A stretch of DNA of 64,000 bases from an uncultured delta proteobacterium (GTDB taxonomy: Bacteria > Desulfobacterota > Binatia > Binatales > Binataceae): assembly GCA_963711565.1 (NCBI GenBank), contig CAVQEQ010000001.1, positions 192,001 to 256,000 of the forward strand, in the 5' to 3' direction. Both the position numbers and the translations under genes were made by a program. Each line of letters starts with the position of its first letter. The stretch's first letter is position 1. This document shows positions 58,780 to 64,000 of the stretch, in pieces. The notes below the pieces were generated by a model, which saw only the letters and a list, made by a program, of their open reading frames with translations, was not told the DNA's origin and searched no databases.

Positions 58780-60516
58780 ATGAAACTATCGCTCGCCTGT
58801 GGATGCTGCAGACCGTCAAAGTCGAAGATACATCGCGAAACAAACGATCCGCCGATTGAGGCGACTCCCGAAGAGCTTCTGGCAATAAGGGGCCAGCTCG
58901 CCGAAATCGAACAATCGCTCTCACGACTGTGGGGCGAGACGATCTGGAGCCGCACGCCGGAGTGCATCCAGATTCGCGCCGAGGCCGCCGACCTGATCGA
59001 CCGGCACTTCGACGGCATCGTCGATCAGTGGGGAGAAGCGATTACCGCAATCATCCACGGGCACTCGCAGCACGAGGAGAACAACCGCAAAGACAGCAAA
59101 GACACCATGGTCAACTCTCTCATCCGCTTCATTGACCATCTGCGCGATCCCGACAATGTCTGCACCTACGTTTACCTGCGCCGGCATTGCCAGGAAGGGA
59201 TGCTCGCGCGGGCCAAGCCGTCTCAGTTCAACGTCATCCACATCGCACTCAAACAAATAGTTCTCAATCACATTAAATCCACGATGACCGGTCCCGCGAT
59301 GGAACGGGTGCGCGATCTGATGGTCGCGGCGATCGACGAGCGGCGCCTGATGGTCTCGCAGTTCTACATCGAATCGCGCGAGCGGATGCTGCGCGAATCC
59401 GAGGAGAAGTACCGCAACACCATCGACCACGCGCCGGATCCGATGTACGAGATCGAACCGCACACTTGGGTCGTGATGGGTCTGAACGCGGCCGCGCTTC
59501 GGCTCCATCAACTCGAAACCGAACACGACCATGATCACAGCAAGATGGAGATCATCGGGAAAACGGTCCCGGATTTGGTGCCACCCGAGCTGAGACAAAG
59601 CGTTGTCGACAGCCTCGAGACCGTTCTGCGCGACGGTTCGGCGCAGACCCAGGAATTCCCGGTCGGCCCGTTTTTCTTCGACGTAAATTCCGCGCTCATC
59701 ACCTACGGCAAGAAACAATTCATACAGATGATCCTGCGCGACGTTACCCAGCGGCGCGAGATGCTCGACTCCCTGCTCAAGGCCGAGCGCCTGGCCGCGG
59801 CGGGCACCTTCGCGGCGGGCGTGGCGCACGAGGTGAACAATCCGCTCGCGTCGATCTCGTCGCTGGTGCAATCGATTCTCACCGGCGAAAAAGACCCCGA
59901 GCGGCGCACCACGATGCACACCATCCTGTCGCAGATCACGCGCATCTCGAGCACGCTCAAGGACTTGGTAAATTTCGCGCGACCCACCACCGCGCAGCGC
60001 AAGCCGGTGGACGTCAACGGGCTGATCGCCGAGACGCTGCGGCTTATCACCTACAACAAGCGCTTCAGCGGTATCCGGGTCGAACCGATCCTTGCTCCCG
60101 ATCTCCGCCGCGCCTTCGCCGACGACAACGAAATTCAACAGGTGCTGCTCAACCTGCTCTTCAACGCGGCCGATGCGGCTCCGGCCGAGGGCGCCGTGAT
60201 CAAAGTGATCACCGAAAACCAGCGTCCGGGACAGGGCGGGGACAAATCGCGCCGTATCTTTATCAAGGTAGTGGACAACGGCATTGGAATCCCGCGCGAA
60301 CATCTCGAACGCGTGTTCGATCCATTCTTCACCACCAAACCCGCGGGCGCCGGCGTCGGACTCGGCCTGTCGTTGTGCCAGCGTATGATCCTCTCGAACC
60401 AGGGCACGATTCGCGTCAACAGCGAAGTCGGCCGCGGCACGGCGGTCACGATCACGCTCGGCGCTGCCGAGGAAACGGTGCGCGCGCAACAGGCCGCGGA
60501 AATGGCGGCGTCCTGA
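58780..60516 (+). CDS. Sensor histidine kinase with helical globin-like N-domain and PAS
   Basis: AHEVNNPL H-box, N/G/F boxes, PAS-like segment, no TM. Confidence 0.9.
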   Translation: MKLSLACGCCRPSKSKIHRETNDPPIEATPEELLAIRGQLAEIEQSLSRLWGETIWSRTPECIQIRAEAADLIDRHFDGIVDQWGEAITAIIHGHSQHEENNRKDSKDTMVNSLIRFIDHLRDPDNVCTYVYLRRHCQEGMLARAKPSQFNVIHIALKQIVLNHIKSTMTGPAMERVRDLMVAAIDERRLMVSQFYIESRERMLRESEEKYRNTIDHAPDPMYEIEPHTWVVMGLNAAALRLHQLETEHDHDHSKMEIIGKTVPDLVPPELRQSVVDSLETVLRDGSAQTQEFPVGPFFFDVNSALITYGKKQFIQMILRDVTQRREMLDSLLKAERLAAAGTFAAGVAHEVNNPLASISSLVQSILTGEKDPERRTTMHTILSQITRISSTLKDLVNFARPTTAQRKPVDVNGLIAETLRLITYNKRFSGIRVEPILAPDLRRAFADDNEIQQVLLNLLFNAADAAPAEGAVIKVITENQRPGQGGDKSRRIFIKVVDNGIGIPREHLERVFDPFFTTKPAGAGVGLGLSLCQRMILSNQGTIRVNSEVGRGTAVTITLGAAEETVRAQQAAEMAAS

Positions 60517-60526
60517 AACTGGTCCG

Positions 60527-61966
<1,440 letters not shown>

Positions 61967-62052
61967 GGGCCGGGAATAGACGTGGCAATCAGATAGTCAA
62001 GGATATAGACTTTTGAAGGGCGGACAGGACGCCTGCCGGCCCGGAGAAAAAT

Positions 62053-62268
62053 ATGGATCTCTTTGCACCGACTCATCTGCTGATCATTCTGTTGATCATT
62101 CTGGTCATCTTCGGGCCCAGCAAGCTCGGCGATGTCGGCGGCGCGATGGGCAAGGCGATTCGCGACTTCAAGCGCGCGATGAACGAGCCCGACGACGTGG
62201 CCAAGACGGTCGCGAAACCCGACGAAGCCAAGGCCGCCGAAGTCGTAAAGCCCGACAAAATTTCCTGA
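62053..62268 (+). CDS. tatA: Twin-arginine translocase TatA/E
   Basis: TM-FGPSKL..G..MGKAIRDFK. Confidence 0.92.
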   Translation: MDLFAPTHLLIILLIILVIFGPSKLGDVGGAMGKAIRDFKRAMNEPDDVAKTVAKPDEAKAAEVVKPDKIS

Positions 62269-62309
62269 CCCGCCCGCGTTCGCCGATTCCGCGATCATTC
62301 CCCTTTCTG

Positions 62310-62350
62310 TCTCCCTCGCCCTGTAAGGGCGAGTATGAAGGTGAGGGTCC
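62310..62350. repeat. Degenerate REP-like family C element (reverse)
   Basis: CTCGCCC-TGTAA-GGGCGAG hairpin followed by GGTGAGGG. Confidence 0.45.
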
Positions 62351-62405
62351 GTTTACGGCGCGGCGTTTCGCGCACGATTCAAGATTCTGTTTTCTGAGGT
62401 CCGAT

Positions 62406-63065
62406 ATGAGTACAAAAAATCCAGGGCTGGAACTGTTGGAAACAAAAGTCGATGAACTGGGTCTGCGACGAGAGGTTGAAGACGAGATTGCTCAGATTTC
62501 GATCGAGAACAACGCTCTCACGAAACGATACATCCTGACCGGTACGCCCGGGTGCGGGAAGACTTCCACCCTTCGATCGCTGGAAGTCGCGGGGTACCTC
62601 GTCATCGAAGAAGCCGCAACCAACATTATCGCTCTGCGACAGGCGCAAGGCATCGCCGAGCCATGGACGCATCCTTCCTTCATCGACGACATTACCAATC
62701 TGCAAAAGCAGCGACAGATGCAGGTAGCTGACTTGGCGTCGGGAGTGCAGTTCTACGACCGATCACCGCTATGCACCTATGCGCTCAGCGTTTGGCTCGG
62801 CTTTCCTCTTTCGAAAATTCTCGCCAATGAAATGGAACGGATAAAGCAAGAGCGGATTTATCAGATGCAGGCGTTTTTCATCGAGAACCTGGGATTCTGC
62901 GAGCCTTCAGCTGCAAGAAAGATCACCTTCGAGGATTCTCTACGGTTTGAAAAACTTCACGAGGAGACCTATCGCTCCTTCGGCTACGAATGCATAAGAG
63001 TCCCGCCACGAGAGCTATCCGCGCGAGTGGAACAAATCAGGCGCTATGTCTCTGCTGCTGGATAG
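62406..63065 (+). CDS. AAA_28/NadR-like P-loop ATPase
   Basis: YILTGTPGCGKTS, EAA..II, FYDRS; lower GC than flanks. Confidence 0.8.
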   Translation: MSTKNPGLELLETKVDELGLRREVEDEIAQISIENNALTKRYILTGTPGCGKTSTLRSLEVAGYLVIEEAATNIIALRQAQGIAEPWTHPSFIDDITNLQKQRQMQVADLASGVQFYDRSPLCTYALSVWLGFPLSKILANEMERIKQERIYQMQAFFIENLGFCEPSAARKITFEDSLRFEKLHEETYRSFGYECIRVPPRELSARVEQIRRYVSAAG

Positions 63066-63680
63066 CTACGCGGCTGGCGCGCTTGCCGCGGGGATTTGAA
63101 AGCCCGAACGTGCAAGGTAGCGCGCAGGAAAGCGGTTGTTGAATGCGAATCCCGCAATCAACAACGCCAGCGGCAGCGCAAAACTCAGTAGCGGCTTGGC
63201 CAGGTTACCGCCGACAATCACACCGATCACGGCGAAACCGATATTGACGGTCATCAATCCGCACCAGACGAGAGTCATCAGCAGGTTAAGCCGGACGAAG
63301 ATCGGATGCGTCCAGAACTCGGGCGGCGCAGTCTCGCGGGCGTAGGCTGTCGTGAAGGGGTGGCCGATCGCGACGGAGCCCCACGCCGCAAGCGCGAAGC
63401 ATGACCATGCGATGACGGCGTTGTAGACGGGGAATATCGCCGACTCCATTCCAATCGCGAGCACCGATGCGATCGCGAAAAAAGCCAGCGTGGTCCAGTC
63501 CATCAATTTGATCGAAACACCGCGAAGCCGCATCACGGCGAGATACAGCACGCACAGTATCAATCCGCCGCCGCTCGCGAGGTGCCAGTGATTAAAGCCG
63601 GACGCGAAGCCGAAGAGTACCCACGGCGCGAAGGCCATCAGGCCAATCGCACGGTCCAAGGCTTTTCTCTGTTCCGCCAT
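63066..63680 (-). CDS. Hypothetical membrane protein
   Basis: Multi-TM, PFT..YARE..P.E.W..P.F...N motif. Confidence 0.75.
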   Translation of the reverse strand: MAEQRKALDRAIGLMAFAPWVLFGFASGFNHWHLASGGGLILCVLYLAVMRLRGVSIKLMDWTTLAFFAIASVLAIGMESAIFPVYNAVIAWSCFALAAWGSVAIGHPFTTAYARETAPPEFWTHPIFVRLNLLMTLVWCGLMTVNIGFAVIGVIVGGNLAKPLLSFALPLALLIAGFAFNNRFPARYLARSGFQIPAASAPAA

Positions 63681-63778
63681 CCACGCGTCCTACCGGCTGA
63701 CGATACCAGAGCGGCAGCACCGTGCGCGAGACTAATTCGGATCGCACAGGTCTGCCGCTCCGCGGGCGCAACAGCTTC

Positions 63779-64000
63779 TTAGTAGTTGCTGGTGCTGGTG
63801 CTCGATGAATGCTGACTCGAGTCGCCACTGGGCGAGCTGTCGCTCGACGACGATGAATGGTGCTCCGTGGCTGTGGTGGACGGCGCCTCGACTACCGCGG
63901 GCGCCGCGACGACGATCGGAGGGGGAGGGGCAACCACTATTGGGGCCACGTACGCGACCGCAGGGGCCGGCGCCGAAGTGGTGGTCTCGCTCGTCCTCGA
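63779..64000 (-). CDS. C-terminus of Ser/Thr/Pro-rich protein (partial)
   Basis: Open frame from the window end to TAA at 63779. Confidence 0.6.
   Translation of the reverse strand, partial: SRTSETTTSAPAPAVAYVAPIVVAPPPPIVVAAPAVVEAPSTTATEHHSSSSSDSSPSGDSSQHSSSTSTSNY

Noticed and set aside
62013-62405. Long N-terminal extension of the AAA_28 ORF
   Set aside because: Overlaps tatA and a repeat; the ATG at 62406 has an upstream GAGG SD.

Overview
This is a GC-rich bacterial chromosomal window. Gene content and order suggest a deltaproteobacterial-type organism, possibly Binatia/Desulfobacterota; this is inference only. Most of the window is core genome: smc, ftsY, zapB-zapA-6S RNA-5-formyl-THF cyclo-ligase-rny, xseAB-tlyA-ROK kinase, ctpA-TlpA-lgt, dtd, trmL, cca, thrS-infC-rpmI-rplT-pheS-pheT-ihfA-MerR, tatA and four tRNAs (Met, Gln, Glu, Val). 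Accessory modules are a Co-type nitrile hydratase operon, a GldAFG-like ABC system, a large Thr-rich secreted protein, tandem RRM proteins, Gly/His-rich exported proteins, a nucleoside-type ABC transporter, and a globin-like/PAS kinase with a sigma54 activator divergent from a GT2 gene. The most notable observations are: (1) a Nudix hydrolase in frame with pheS, with no stop between them; (2) a small-protein plus ADP-ribosyltransferase-like gene pair; (3) a DUF5678-like plus retropepsin pair; (4) three families of REP/MITE-like intergenic repeats, one forming inverted repeats around the Gld-like operon; (5) a separate REP-like palindrome inserted in frame in a coding gene; (6) NrdR-box-like tandem sites before smc; (7) single-base frameshifts in gldG-like and lgt that may be assembly errors. 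No integrase, transposase, CRISPR array or rRNA was seen.
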